From NCBI GenBank assembly GCA_945898515.1, contig CAMDIH010000001.1, forward strand, positions 13,093 to 77,092: a stretch of 64,000 bases of DNA. Reading direction: 5' to 3'. Positions within the stretch are counted from its first letter, which is position 1. Every line of letters begins with the position of its first letter. Made by a program: the position numbers and the translations under genes. Shown here piece by piece: positions 22,991 through 32,118 of the stretch. The notes beneath the pieces are model-generated. The model was not told where the DNA came from and did not search any database. It saw nothing but the letters and a program-made list of their open reading frames with translations. Origin of the DNA: Candidatus Neomicrothrix parvicella RN1. Lineage in GTDB: Bacteria; Actinomycetota; Acidimicrobiia; Acidimicrobiales; VFJN01.

Positions 22991-24106
22991 TCAGGCGATG
23001 AGGAGGCCGGCGTAGCGAGCCTCCACGATTCGGGCGGTCCGAGCGATGTCGAAGTGCTCCACCCGATGCCCAGCGGCGGCCGCCAATCGGGCCCGATCGG
23101 GGGCCGATCGAGCGAGGCGAAGGTAGGCCCCGGCCAGCGCGGCGGGGTCGCCCGGGGGAACGAGAAGGCCATCCACGTCGTTGGTCACCACCTCCATGTT
23201 CCCGCCCACCCGGGTCACGACCGGGGGCACTCCCAAGGCCATGGCCTCCAGCAGGCTGATGGGAAGGCCCTCATGTCGAGAACTCAAGGTGAAGACGTCT
23301 GCCCCCACCACCACCGCCGCCGGATCGGCTTGGTAGCCGAGCATCACCACCCGCTCACCCAGGTTGTAGGCCAACAGGCCGGCGCGCAGTTCGGCCTCCA
23401 GTGGACCTTGCCCCACCGACACAAACCGAAGACGCTCCTCCTCAGCGCACGCCTGGGCCGCGGCGGCGAAGAGCGTGGGGTAGTCCTTGTTGGCCCGCAG
23501 GTTGGCCACGATGACCACCACGATGTGATCGTCATCCCAACCCTGTCGAGCGCGGGCTGCGGTGCGTTCGGCGCGCCGCGCCACCAAGGGGGCCAAGGGC
23601 ACGCCGTGCACCAGCACCTCAGTCTTGGCCCGCCACGGCGACCACTCCGAGGCCACCACCTCGCGCGATACGGCCCAGCGCACCCGATCCAGCGGCAGCG
23701 TCAGCGCGTTCGCCGTGCGGGTAACCACACCGTGGGATCCCCAGAGGTTGTGTTCGGTAGACACCAACACCGGCCGGGCGCGTTGCGCCCGTAACACTGG
23801 CCGGGCCACCGCCGCCACGGCCGGTGAATGGAAATGGACCACATCGAACCCCCGGGCCAGGGCCCGCAACCGCCCCGGCCAACGATGGTCCGTCATACCG
23901 CCTCGGCCGGCCAGCCGATGACACTTCACGTCGAGCGCCTCGAGTTCGGCCACCAGGTGCTGCTTGCGCTCCAGCAGGTACGCCACCTCGTAGTGCACCG
24001 CAGCGGGGTTGGCCACCGCCGCCAGTGACACCACCAGGCGCTCTGCCCCCCCGGGACCAAGACCCTTGATCACGTGAAGGACGCGCACGGCACGGGACGT
24101 ATCCAC
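22991..24106 (-). CDS. Glycosyltransferase, GT4 family (GT-B)
   Basis: N-terminal VLHVIKGLGPGGAERL. C-terminal E-x7-E region SSRHEGLPISLLEAMALGVPPVVTRVGG. Candidate starts are GTG 24106, GTG 24088 and ATG 24178. Confidence 0.8.
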   Translation of the reverse strand: MDTSRAVRVLHVIKGLGPGGAERLVVSLAAVANPAAVHYEVAYLLERKQHLVAELEALDVKCHRLAGRGGMTDHRWPGRLRALARGFDVVHFHSPAVAAVARPVLRAQRARPVLVSTEHNLWGSHGVVTRTANALTLPLDRVRWAVSREVVASEWSPWRAKTEVLVHGVPLAPLVARRAERTAARARQGWDDDHIVVVIVANLRANKDYPTLFAAAAQACAEEERLRFVSVGQGPLEAELRAGLLAYNLGERVVMLGYQADPAAVVVGADVFTLSSRHEGLPISLLEAMALGVPPVVTRVGGNMEVVTNDVDGLLVPPGDPAALAGAYLRLARSAPDRARLAAAAGHRVEHFDIARTARIVEARYAGLLIA

Positions 24107-24149
24107 GCCGGAACCGTACCCGCCCCACCCGTGCAAGGATTGCCGGGTC

Positions 24150-25277
24150 GTGTCCCGCAAGATCGCCCACCTCACCACCGTTGACCTGTCGTTGCGCTAC
24201 CTCCTGTTGGCGCAGATCGACGGAAGCCTCGCGGCCGGCGACGAAGTGCTCGGCATCAGTGCCCGCGGCCCCGACGTGGCGTTCCTCGAAGAACGCGGGA
24301 TGCGCTTCGTCGAACTCACTGGCTCCACCCGCGCCATGAGCCTCCGCCAGGACCTGCGGGCGGCCCGATCGCTCTGGCGCATCCTGCGCCACGAACGCCC
24401 CGACGTGCTCCACACCCATACTCCCAAGCCGGGTCTGTACGGCCGCATCGTGGGGCGCCTCGCCGGAGTGCCCCGTGTGGTGCACACCACCCACGGCCTC
24501 TACGCCGCTCCCGACGACCGGCTTCCCAAACGGCTCCTCGTCTACATCCTCGAGGCCATCGCCAGCCGCTTCAGCCATGTGGAGCTGGTCCAGAACCCCG
24601 AAGACCTGGAATTGATGGGTCGTTGGCACATCGCCTCGCGCCGAAAACTTCGGCTCCTGGGCAACGGCGTGGACCTCGACCGGTTCCAGCCCGTCGAGGA
24701 GGCCCAACGGCAGGCCGAACGCGCCGCGCTCGGCCTCCAGCCCCACGATGTGGTGGTGGGCCTTGTGACGCGCCTGGTGGCCGAGAAGGGCATCGAAGAG
24801 TTGGTCGACGCGGTGGCCATCGTGGGATCGCCGTTTCGTCTCCTACTGGTGGGGCCCCACGACCCCGACAAAGCCGATGACCTCACTCCCGCGGTCCTCG
24901 AGCGGGCCGCCGCGAACGGCGCGATCCTCACCGGTCACCGGCCGGATGTGGAGCGGCTCTACGCCGCCATGGATCTCTTCTGCCTCCCGTCACATCGCGA
25001 AGGGTTTCCGCGCGCCGCCATGGAAGCCGCCGCCAGCGGCCTGCCGGTGGTGGCCACCAATATTCGCGGCTGCCGCCAGGTGGTGGACCCCGGGGTGACC
25101 GGAACCCTGGTACCCGTGCGAGACGCCGGTGCCCTCGCCGAGGCGCTGCGTTTCTGTGCCGCCGAGCCGGCCCGGCGCACGCTCGGCATCGCCGGCCGGG
25201 CCAAAGCCGTCACCGACTTCGACGAGGCCACCGTGGTGGCTCGCGTGTTGGCCTCCTATGACCCCTCGGCGGATTGA
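24150..25277 (+). CDS. Glycosyltransferase, GT4 family (GT-B)
   Basis: KIAHLTTVDLSLRYLL N-terminus. PSHREGFPRAAMEAAASGLPVVATNIRG C-terminal block. Confidence 0.85.
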   Translation: MSRKIAHLTTVDLSLRYLLLAQIDGSLAAGDEVLGISARGPDVAFLEERGMRFVELTGSTRAMSLRQDLRAARSLWRILRHERPDVLHTHTPKPGLYGRIVGRLAGVPRVVHTTHGLYAAPDDRLPKRLLVYILEAIASRFSHVELVQNPEDLELMGRWHIASRRKLRLLGNGVDLDRFQPVEEAQRQAERAALGLQPHDVVVGLVTRLVAEKGIEELVDAVAIVGSPFRLLLVGPHDPDKADDLTPAVLERAAANGAILTGHRPDVERLYAAMDLFCLPSHREGFPRAAMEAAASGLPVVATNIRGCRQVVDPGVTGTLVPVRDAGALAEALRFCAAEPARRTLGIAGRAKAVTDFDEATVVARVLASYDPSAD

Positions 25278-25999
25278 GCGGCCCGGAAGCAGGCCACCGC
25301 CGCCACCGCCAGAGCGACCACCACCGCCGCCCACCCCGGCGTGCTCGCCCAATCTCGCTGGATGCCGATCTGGCGGGCCGCCACCAAGGCCGCTGCGAGG
25401 TGCACCGCCACTCCCCCGCGCCACCACCAACCCGCCAGCGGGCGCATCGGGGTCGCCACGGCGAGGACCACCAGGGTGGTCACGCACAGACCGCCACCCA
25501 CCAGGGCGTGAGCGTTCCCGGCCGCCCCTTGGTACACGGCCAGCACCGGCAGGACACTGACGGCCAGGACAGCGGGCCGGGACAGCCTCAACCCACCCAG
25601 GGCCAGCACCGCCGCCACTCCCACACTCACACCCGTCGCCACGATGGCGGCACTGGTTTCGGGCACAGCCGCCCACACCCCCACCAGGGAGGCGACCACA
25701 AGCCACAGCACCGGCGGCACCCGGTCCACCGGCTCCCCCGGCAGGCGCCACGCCCCCCGTCCCACCACCACCGCCAGGGCCAACGCTCCCACGCCCGCCC
25801 CCACCCCCAGGTCCTGCACCACCGGCGTCGGTGTACCGCCGACGAACCGGCGGTCGGCCACGAGGGTCGCCATCACCGCCGCGAACACGGCGATCACCCC
25901 CACCCGGGATCGACCCCTGACCACCGCCACCGATGCCGCCGCCCCCCCGGACACCAGGGCCATGGCCGCCAGGGACAGGTCGATCTGGCGCAGCATCAC
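25256..25999 (-). CDS. Hypothetical polytopic membrane protein
   Basis: Seven to eight Ala/Val/Leu/Gly-rich hydrophobic spans. The start lies 3 nt after the GNAT stop (same operon). No recognisable motif. The alternative frames here are Gly/Arg/Pro junk. Confidence 0.45.
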   Translation of the reverse strand: MMLRQIDLSLAAMALVSGGAAASVAVVRGRSRVGVIAVFAAVMATLVADRRFVGGTPTPVVQDLGVGAGVGALALAVVVGRGAWRLPGEPVDRVPPVLWLVVASLVGVWAAVPETSAAIVATGVSVGVAAVLALGGLRLSRPAVLAVSVLPVLAVYQGAAGNAHALVGGGLCVTTLVVLAVATPMRPLAGWWWRGGVAVHLAAALVAARQIGIQRDWASTPGWAAVVVALAVAAVACFRAAQSAEGS

Positions 26000-26001
26000 A
26001 C

Positions 26002-26946
26002 TCAGAACAGTTCGAGGTCGCCGAGTGAAAAGGCCAGATCACCGAGCGAGGGCACCGCCGGGCGCGCCAGCGGTCGCCACGTCACAATGGGCCCACGGTG
26101 GCGCAGGGGCAGCACACCGTGGGTGGCGCCCAACCCGATCCCCATGGCGTAGTCGCCCGCCTCCCGCACCAGCCGACCCAGGGCCGCCCGATCGGGCCGG
26201 GGCGCCAACCACTCCACAATGGCCACCTCACGGGCCGGGCCGCGGCGGCGCACGCGGAAAATCACCAGCCCCCCGCCCGCCTCGATGGCGCGGTACTGGA
26301 GTGGCTCGAAGGAATAGCGCCAGGCCAGATAGGCCGCCGAGCGCGGCGTGGACCACCCCGTCACCGGCAGGTCTGCCCCGAGGGCAGCCACCGCGGGATC
26401 CTGCAGCACCTGGGCCGCGGGCTCCCCAATGGCGCAAGGCTCGGACCACTTCTCCGCCGCCGTGCGAGCCTGCCGCAAGATCGGCAACCGCCCCAGAGTG
26501 GCCGGACGCATCCCGATCGTCGGCCGCCCCAACTCGTGCCACCCCATCTTCAGGTAGCCGGGCCGGCTCTGCTCGTTGGGGGTATTGAAGATCGCATCCA
26601 CCCCCGCGGCGCTGAGGTCCTCTACCGCCTGGAGGGTGAGTCGGCGGAACAGGCCACGACCCTGATAGGCGGGATGCGTGGCTGTGTCCACCGCCCGGCC
26701 CATGGCGATCGTTTCACCTCGGCGCAGAAAGGACCAGCGCAAGAACGTCCGAAACGCCACCACCTCACCGCCATCTTCGGCCACCCACGCCGGCGAACGA
26801 CCGGCCGGATTCTCCTCGTGTTTCCACCGAAAAAACTCACGATCCCGCTCGTCATCGGCCCATCCGAGGGCCATCGCGGCCACGGCCAGCACCTGCTCCC
26901 GGTCCCCCGGAACACTGGGCCGGATCGTCAGTTCGTCAGACGCCAT
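26002..26946 (-). CDS. GNAT family N-acetyltransferase with a C-terminal extension
   Basis: LTIRPSVPGDREQV and HPAYQGRGLFRRL (acetyl-CoA Q/R-x-x-G-x-G/A block). Start at ATG 26946; the track ORF continuing to 27726 is antisense to neuB. Confidence 0.7.
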   Translation of the reverse strand: MASDELTIRPSVPGDREQVLAVAAMALGWADDERDREFFRWKHEENPAGRSPAWVAEDGGEVVAFRTFLRWSFLRRGETIAMGRAVDTATHPAYQGRGLFRRLTLQAVEDLSAAGVDAIFNTPNEQSRPGYLKMGWHELGRPTIGMRPATLGRLPILRQARTAAEKWSEPCAIGEPAAQVLQDPAVAALGADLPVTGWSTPRSAAYLAWRYSFEPLQYRAIEAGGGLVIFRVRRRGPAREVAIVEWLAPRPDRAALGRLVREAGDYAMGIGLGATHGVLPLRHRGPIVTWRPLARPAVPSLGDLAFSLGDLELF

Positions 26947-27018
26947 CTGGCCTGCATCATGCCCGACGGCCCTCGGCTCGGGAGCGACCCCAACCGGGCG
27001 GGTAGCATCAGCGGCGTT

Positions 27019-28083
27019 ATGGCCACCCGCACGACCGATCCCGCCGCGCCGGTTCTGAACATCAAAGACGATCGCTGTGCGGTGATCGCCGAGGTAGCCC
27101 AGGGCCACGACGGCAGTCTGGGCCTGGCGCACTCCTTCATCGATCTCGCCGCCGAGGCCGGGGTTGACGCCATCAAGTTCCAAACCCACATCGCGGCGGC
27201 GGAGAGTACGCCGGAGGAGCCGTGGCGGATCAACTTCAGTTACGAAGACGCCAACCGCTACGCCTACTGGCAGCGCATGGAGTTCACCGAGCCCCAGTGG
27301 CAGGGCCTGCGTGACCATTGCGATGCGAACAACCTTGGCTTTATCTCCTCGGCTTTTTCCACTGAGGCGTTGGAGTTGCTCCGCCGGGTTGGGGTGGCAG
27401 CCTGGAAGATCTCCTCGGGTGAAAGCCTCTCGTCGGATCTCTTGCGCCACCTCGGAAGCGACGGCGTACCCGTACTGATCTCCACCGGCATGTCTACCTA
27501 TGCCGAGATCGCCGCCGCCGTGGACCATTGCCGAGCCGCCGGGAGCGAACCGGTGCTTCTGCAGTGCACCTCGATGTACCCCACCCCACCCGAGCGCCTG
27601 GGGCTCAACGTGCTCGCCGATCTCCGCCACCGTTTTGGCTGTGCGGTGGGCCTGTCGGATCACTCCGGCACGATCTACCCGGGCCTGGCGGCAGTGGCCC
27701 TCGGGGCGGTGGTGCTGGAGGTGCACATGACGTTCTCGCGACGCATGTTTGGGCCCGATTCACCGGTGGCCCTGGAACCCGATGAGCTAAAAACCCTGGT
27801 GGAAGGGGTGCGATTCCTCGAGCGGGCGCGTGCCGCCCCGGTAGACAAGGACGCGGTGGCCGCCGAGTTGGCCGAGGTGCGCAATCTGTTCGGCAAGTCT
27901 CTGATCAGCAGCCGAGCCCTGGCCGAGGGAACCGTGCTCACCCACGATGACCTCACCGCCAAGAAGCCGGCCTTTGGCATCCCCGCCACCGAGCGGGAGG
28001 TCATCGTGGGTCGCACGCTGCGCGTGGCGGTGCCCGCCGGCCACCCGCTCTCCGTTGACGACCTGGCCGACCCATCCCATTGA
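27019..28083 (+). CDS. neuB: N-acylneuraminate-type nonulosonic acid synthase (NeuB/LegI/PseI family)
   Basis: IAEVAQGHDGSL, DAIKFQTH and GLSDHSG TIM-barrel blocks, plus a C-terminal SAF domain. Start at ATG 27019 inside ORF 26098..28083. Confidence 0.9.
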   Translation: MATRTTDPAAPVLNIKDDRCAVIAEVAQGHDGSLGLAHSFIDLAAEAGVDAIKFQTHIAAAESTPEEPWRINFSYEDANRYAYWQRMEFTEPQWQGLRDHCDANNLGFISSAFSTEALELLRRVGVAAWKISSGESLSSDLLRHLGSDGVPVLISTGMSTYAEIAAAVDHCRAAGSEPVLLQCTSMYPTPPERLGLNVLADLRHRFGCAVGLSDHSGTIYPGLAAVALGAVVLEVHMTFSRRMFGPDSPVALEPDELKTLVEGVRFLERARAAPVDKDAVAAELAEVRNLFGKSLISSRALAEGTVLTHDDLTAKKPAFGIPATEREVIVGRTLRVAVPAGHPLSVDDLADPSH

Positions 28084-29045
28084 TCAACGCCTCCCGCCAC
28101 CACGTCGTGATCGCGGAGCCCGTCCACTACGCCCCGGAGGCCCGCGCCATCCTGACCGAGATCGGTCCGGTGGTGGACGGTCCCTTCGACCGCCACGGCC
28201 TTCTCGACGCGGTGAGCGACGCCGGTGTACTGGTGGTGCGGCTCGGGCACGAGATCGATGCGGCCGTCATGGCGGCTGGCCCGCACCTGCGGTACATCGC
28301 CTCGCCCACCACGGGCACCGATCACATCGACCTCACGGCAGCGGCCGAGCGAGGCATCCAGGTGATCACGCTGCAGGGCGAGGTGGAGTTTCTCCGCACC
28401 GTACGCGCCACCCCCGAGCACACCTGGGCCCTGCTGCTGGCCCTGGCCCGCAAACTCCCCGTTGCGGCGGCGAGTAGCCACACCCGGTGGGATCGAGATG
28501 CCTTCCGGGGTAGCGAACTGGCCGGAAAGCAACTGGGGATCTTCGGCCTCGGGCGGGTCGGACGCATCGTGGCCAGCTACGGCGTCGCCTTTCAGATGCC
28601 GGTGATCGCCTATGACACGGAGCCGGTTTCAACCCCAGGGGTCACGATGGTGGCCTCACTGCCCGAGCTGCTCCAACAGGCGAACATCCTGACGGTGCAC
28701 GTTCCCCTCACCGAGCACACCCGCCACGCCATTGGTGCCGCCGAACTTGACCTCCTCCCCCCGGGGGCGCTCGTCGTCAACACGGCCCGGGGAGCGATCA
28801 TCGACGAGGCAGCGTTGGTGGACGCCCTACGCGACGGCCACCTCGGCGGTGCCGCAGTAGATGTGCTCGAGGATGAACGCAGCCCCCACGGCGTTCCCAG
28901 TGGCCCATTACTGCGGTTCGCCAGCGAACACCCCGACCGGGCTATCGTGACGCCTCACATCGCCGGGGCCACCTGGGAATCGATGCACCGCACCGAGGTA
29001 TTCCTGGCTGAACGCCTGCGGGGGCTGGTCTCCCAGGAGGCCTGA
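28080..29045 (+). CDS. D-isomer-specific 2-hydroxyacid dehydrogenase (phosphoglycerate/glycerate dehydrogenase-like)
   Basis: GIFGLGRVGRIVA NAD motif, NTARGAIIDEAALVDAL, DVLEDE, TPHIAGAT. The TTG start overlaps the neuB stop. Confidence 0.85.
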   Translation: MINASRHHVVIAEPVHYAPEARAILTEIGPVVDGPFDRHGLLDAVSDAGVLVVRLGHEIDAAVMAAGPHLRYIASPTTGTDHIDLTAAAERGIQVITLQGEVEFLRTVRATPEHTWALLLALARKLPVAAASSHTRWDRDAFRGSELAGKQLGIFGLGRVGRIVASYGVAFQMPVIAYDTEPVSTPGVTMVASLPELLQQANILTVHVPLTEHTRHAIGAAELDLLPPGALVVNTARGAIIDEAALVDALRDGHLGGAAVDVLEDERSPHGVPSGPLLRFASEHPDRAIVTPHIAGATWESMHRTEVFLAERLRGLVSQEA

Positions 29046-29052
29046 ATCCCCG

Positions 29053-30234
29053 GTGCATCCATTGTCTGCCCACCAGGAGGCCTCGTTGCGCAAGGTGTGC
29101 GTTGTCGTCACCGCTCGACCGAGTTATGCCCGCATCAAGAGCGTGCTCGAAGCCGTGCGCGATCGCGCCGACCTCCAACTGCAGTTGGTCGTTGGAGCAT
29201 CAGCGCTACTCGAACGCTACGGCCCGGCCATCGATGTCATACGCGCCGACGGCTTCGAACCCGACGCGGTGGCCTACATGGTGGTGGAAGGTGAAAACCT
29301 CGTCACCACCGCCAAATCCACCGGCCTGGGTGTGGTGGAACTGGCTTCCATCTTTGATCGCCTCCAGCCCGACGTCGTGGTGAGCGTGGCCGACCGCTAC
29401 GAGACGATCGCCACCGCCATTGCCGCGTCGTACATGAACATTCCCCTCGCCCATGTGCAGGGGGGTGAGATCACCGGCTCGATCGACGAGAAGGTTCGCC
29501 ACGCCGTAACCAAACTGGCCGACATCCACCTGGTGGCCACGGAAGTAGCCAGCCAACGGGTGGTCCGCATGGGTGAGGTGCCCGCCAGCGTGTTCCTCAC
29601 CGGCTGCCCGTCGATAGACCTCGCCGATCGAGTGGCCCGGGAGACCGAACCGTTCGATCCATTTGACCGCTACGCCGGGGTGGGCGAGGAGTTCAGCGTC
29701 GATCAGGACTACGTCGTGATCATGCAGCACCCGGTGACCACGGAGTACGCCGATGCCACCCAACAAATCGATGAGACCCTCGCCGCCCTTACCCAGATGG
29801 ATCTGCCGGTGTTCTTCTTTTGGCCGAACGTAGACGCTGGTTCCGATCGCATCTCCAAACGCATCCGACAATTCCGAGAGGAACACGATCTCCCGCACGT
29901 GTACTTCTTCAAGAACCTCCCCCCCGAAGACTTCCTGCGGCTGCTCAGTCGGGCTCGCTGTGTCATTGGCAACTCCAGCGTGGGCATACGCGAATGTTCC
30001 TACCTCGGCGTGCCCGTGGTGAACATCGGCACTCGACAGCACGGCCGGGAGCGCGGCCCCAACGTGATCGACGTACCCGCTTCGAGCGATGAGATCGTGG
30101 CCGCCGTGCAGCGCCACCTGGCTACCGAATCGGCGCCGGGCGTACACCTCTACGGCGACGGGCAGGCGGGCAGGCGGATCGCGGAGGTGCTCGCCACCTG
30201 TGCGCTCACCATCGAGAAGCGCCTCACCTATTGA
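29053..30234 (+). CDS. neuC: Hydrolysing UDP-sugar 2-epimerase (NeuC/LegG family)
   Basis: VVVTARPSYARIKSVL, ADRYETIA and HVQGGEITGSIDEKVRHAVTKL blocks, characteristic of NeuC-type epimerases. Confidence 0.9.
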   Translation: MHPLSAHQEASLRKVCVVVTARPSYARIKSVLEAVRDRADLQLQLVVGASALLERYGPAIDVIRADGFEPDAVAYMVVEGENLVTTAKSTGLGVVELASIFDRLQPDVVVSVADRYETIATAIAASYMNIPLAHVQGGEITGSIDEKVRHAVTKLADIHLVATEVASQRVVRMGEVPASVFLTGCPSIDLADRVARETEPFDPFDRYAGVGEEFSVDQDYVVIMQHPVTTEYADATQQIDETLAALTQMDLPVFFFWPNVDAGSDRISKRIRQFREEHDLPHVYFFKNLPPEDFLRLLSRARCVIGNSSVGIRECSYLGVPVVNIGTRQHGRERGPNVIDVPASSDEIVAAVQRHLATESAPGVHLYGDGQAGRRIAEVLATCALTIEKRLTY

Positions 30235-30253
30235 GGACGGAGGATAATGTCGT

Positions 30254-30997
30254 ATGAACACTCCCGCTGAGGACGAGGACTACTGGGATGCCTCCGGCCT
30301 GCGATCCCTCTTCGAGAACCTCCCCGCCGACCCGGTGGCGCTCCGGCCCGATGTCAATGACCTCGTCCGACTCCACCGCCTGGTGCGCACCCGACCCTGT
30401 GTCACCGTTGTCGAGTTCGGGATCGGCTGCTCCACCATCGCCCTGGCTCACGCCATGGATCAGAACGAACAAACCCACGGCGAGGAACTCCGGACACGAC
30501 TGGCGCGTAATTCGCAGTTGTTCCAAGTGTTCAGCGTGGATGCCAACCAGCGGTGGATCGACCATACGGCCTCGCGCCTTCCCACCCATCTTGCTGCCCG
30601 CGTGCACCTGAGCCACAGCACCGTGTCGGCCACCACCTTCGGCGGACGGCTGTGTCACACCTACGACACCCTTCCCAATGTGGTCCCAGACTTCATCTAC
30701 CTCGACGGCCCTGATCCGGCCGACGTCACCGGGGCCGTCAACGGCCTCGATTTCTCCGCCCCGGAGCGCACGGTCATGGCCGCCGACATTCTGCTCATGG
30801 AGCCCACGCTGCTGCCGGGAACCGTGATCGTGGTGGATGGCCGGGAAAACAACGTGCGCTTCTTGACCCGCAATCTGCAACGCCCGATCTCGCTCTCGGT
30901 CGAGGGCGACGCATCGATCATCGAATTCGTGGAGCCACGCCTCGGTCGGGTGGATGTGATCGGCGTGGATGGGAGGGGCCGACCCGGCCAGTCATGA
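30254..30997 (+). CDS. Putative class I SAM-dependent methyltransferase-like protein
   Basis: VVEFGIGCSTIAL (motif I-like) and DFIYLDGPD (post-II-like). No other recognisable features. Confidence 0.55.
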   Translation: MNTPAEDEDYWDASGLRSLFENLPADPVALRPDVNDLVRLHRLVRTRPCVTVVEFGIGCSTIALAHAMDQNEQTHGEELRTRLARNSQLFQVFSVDANQRWIDHTASRLPTHLAARVHLSHSTVSATTFGGRLCHTYDTLPNVVPDFIYLDGPDPADVTGAVNGLDFSAPERTVMAADILLMEPTLLPGTVIVVDGRENNVRFLTRNLQRPISLSVEGDASIIEFVEPRLGRVDVIGVDGRGRPGQS

Positions 30998-32118
30998 GGA
31001 TCTACTGGTACGCCCCCTTCGACAACGCGTCGGAGATCGAACTGGCCCAGGCGGTGGTGGGCCAGGTCTCCGACCTCGTCCTGCACTCGGTCTACAGCCG
31101 ATTCGGGGTGCGTCTTCCCAAACGAGACGGCGAGCTCACACTGGTGCGCGACCTCCCCGCTCCCGCCAACGAACTCTTTCGGAGAAGTACCCGGTTCCGT
31201 CGCGCCAAGGTGGCGTTAAACCGCGCCCGGTTCCGTCAACACGAGATCTCCAATGGCGACTTTGATCTCGTCCACCTCCACACGTTCAACATGTTCACGG
31301 ATTGGATCGCCCTGCCTCTGCTCCGGCAGAAAGGTCGGCCGCTGGTGCTCTCGGTCCACAACGTGCGCCCGCACGATCAACGCGGACCCCGCACGATCGA
31401 GACACTGGTTCACCGATTGGCGTACAAGGTGCCCGACCGCCTCATCGTGGCCCATGAGAGCCTCCGCACCCGCCTCGTCGATGAGTTCAGGATTGCGCCG
31501 GAACGGATCTCGGTGGTCCCTCTCCCCAGCCCCCGGGTGGAACTGGCCAGCGATCATCCCGCCGAAGATCCGAAGGAACTGCTGTTCTTCGGCACCCTGC
31601 GTCAGAACAAGGGCCTTGAGGTATTGCTCAGCGCCATCGCTTCGATTCCTCGTGCTACCCCGATCATTTTTCGGATTGCCGGGCGCGGTGATCACGAGAT
31701 CGAGCAGCTCATCGTGCGCCACGCCCAACATGATCCGCGTATCCGCGTGGAGATTGGTTGGATCACCCCCGAACGCCAAGCCACCCTGTACGCCCGTGCC
31801 TGGGCGGTGGTGGTCCCCTACCTTCCGGCCTTCGCGGCCCAGAGTGGCACCGTCCGTGTGGCCTACAGTTTCGGCACCCCGGTCATCGCGTCCAATACCG
31901 GCGCGCTCGGTGAGACCATCCGCCAAGACGAAACCGGCTGGCTGGCCAACCCCGGCGATCCACGTGACCTCGCCGCCCAGATGCTGGCGGCGGTAGCCGA
32001 TGTTGAGGGTCGCCAGGCCCGGGCACTGGTGGCCAAACGCCTCGGCCAGGAGCGCAACGCCGAAGCCCTGGCGCCGTTGGTACTCCAGATCTATGCGGAA
32101 CTTGGCGTCGTCCCATGA
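30994..32118 (+). CDS. Glycosyltransferase, GT4-like (GT-B)
   Basis: C-terminal VVVPYLPAFAAQSGTVRVAYSFGTPVIASNTGALGETI nucleotide-sugar binding block. ATGA overlap with the upstream ORF. Confidence 0.8.
   Translation: MRIYWYAPFDNASEIELAQAVVGQVSDLVLHSVYSRFGVRLPKRDGELTLVRDLPAPANELFRRSTRFRRAKVALNRARFRQHEISNGDFDLVHLHTFNMFTDWIALPLLRQKGRPLVLSVHNVRPHDQRGPRTIETLVHRLAYKVPDRLIVAHESLRTRLVDEFRIAPERISVVPLPSPRVELASDHPAEDPKELLFFGTLRQNKGLEVLLSAIASIPRATPIIFRIAGRGDHEIEQLIVRHAQHDPRIRVEIGWITPERQATLYARAWAVVVPYLPAFAAQSGTVRVAYSFGTPVIASNTGALGETIRQDETGWLANPGDPRDLAAQMLAAVADVEGRQARALVAKRLGQERNAEALAPLVLQIYAELGVVP

Noticed and set aside
24990-26152. ORFs 24990..26042 (-, 350 aa) and 25274..26152 (+, 292 aa) as alternatives to the membrane-protein call.
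   Set aside because: Their translations are Gly/Arg/Pro/His homopolymer-like, for example GGGGRGSVGPGGGGGTGG. The third frame gives a coherent polytopic membrane protein that is contiguous with the GNAT gene.
26098-27726. N-terminal extensions of the neuB ORF (26098..27018) and of the GNAT ORF (26947..27726), giving 661-aa and 574-aa proteins.
   Set aside because: Each extension is antisense to the other gene's well-supported coding region. Family-typical N-termini begin at ATG 27019 (neuB) and ATG 26946 (GNAT).
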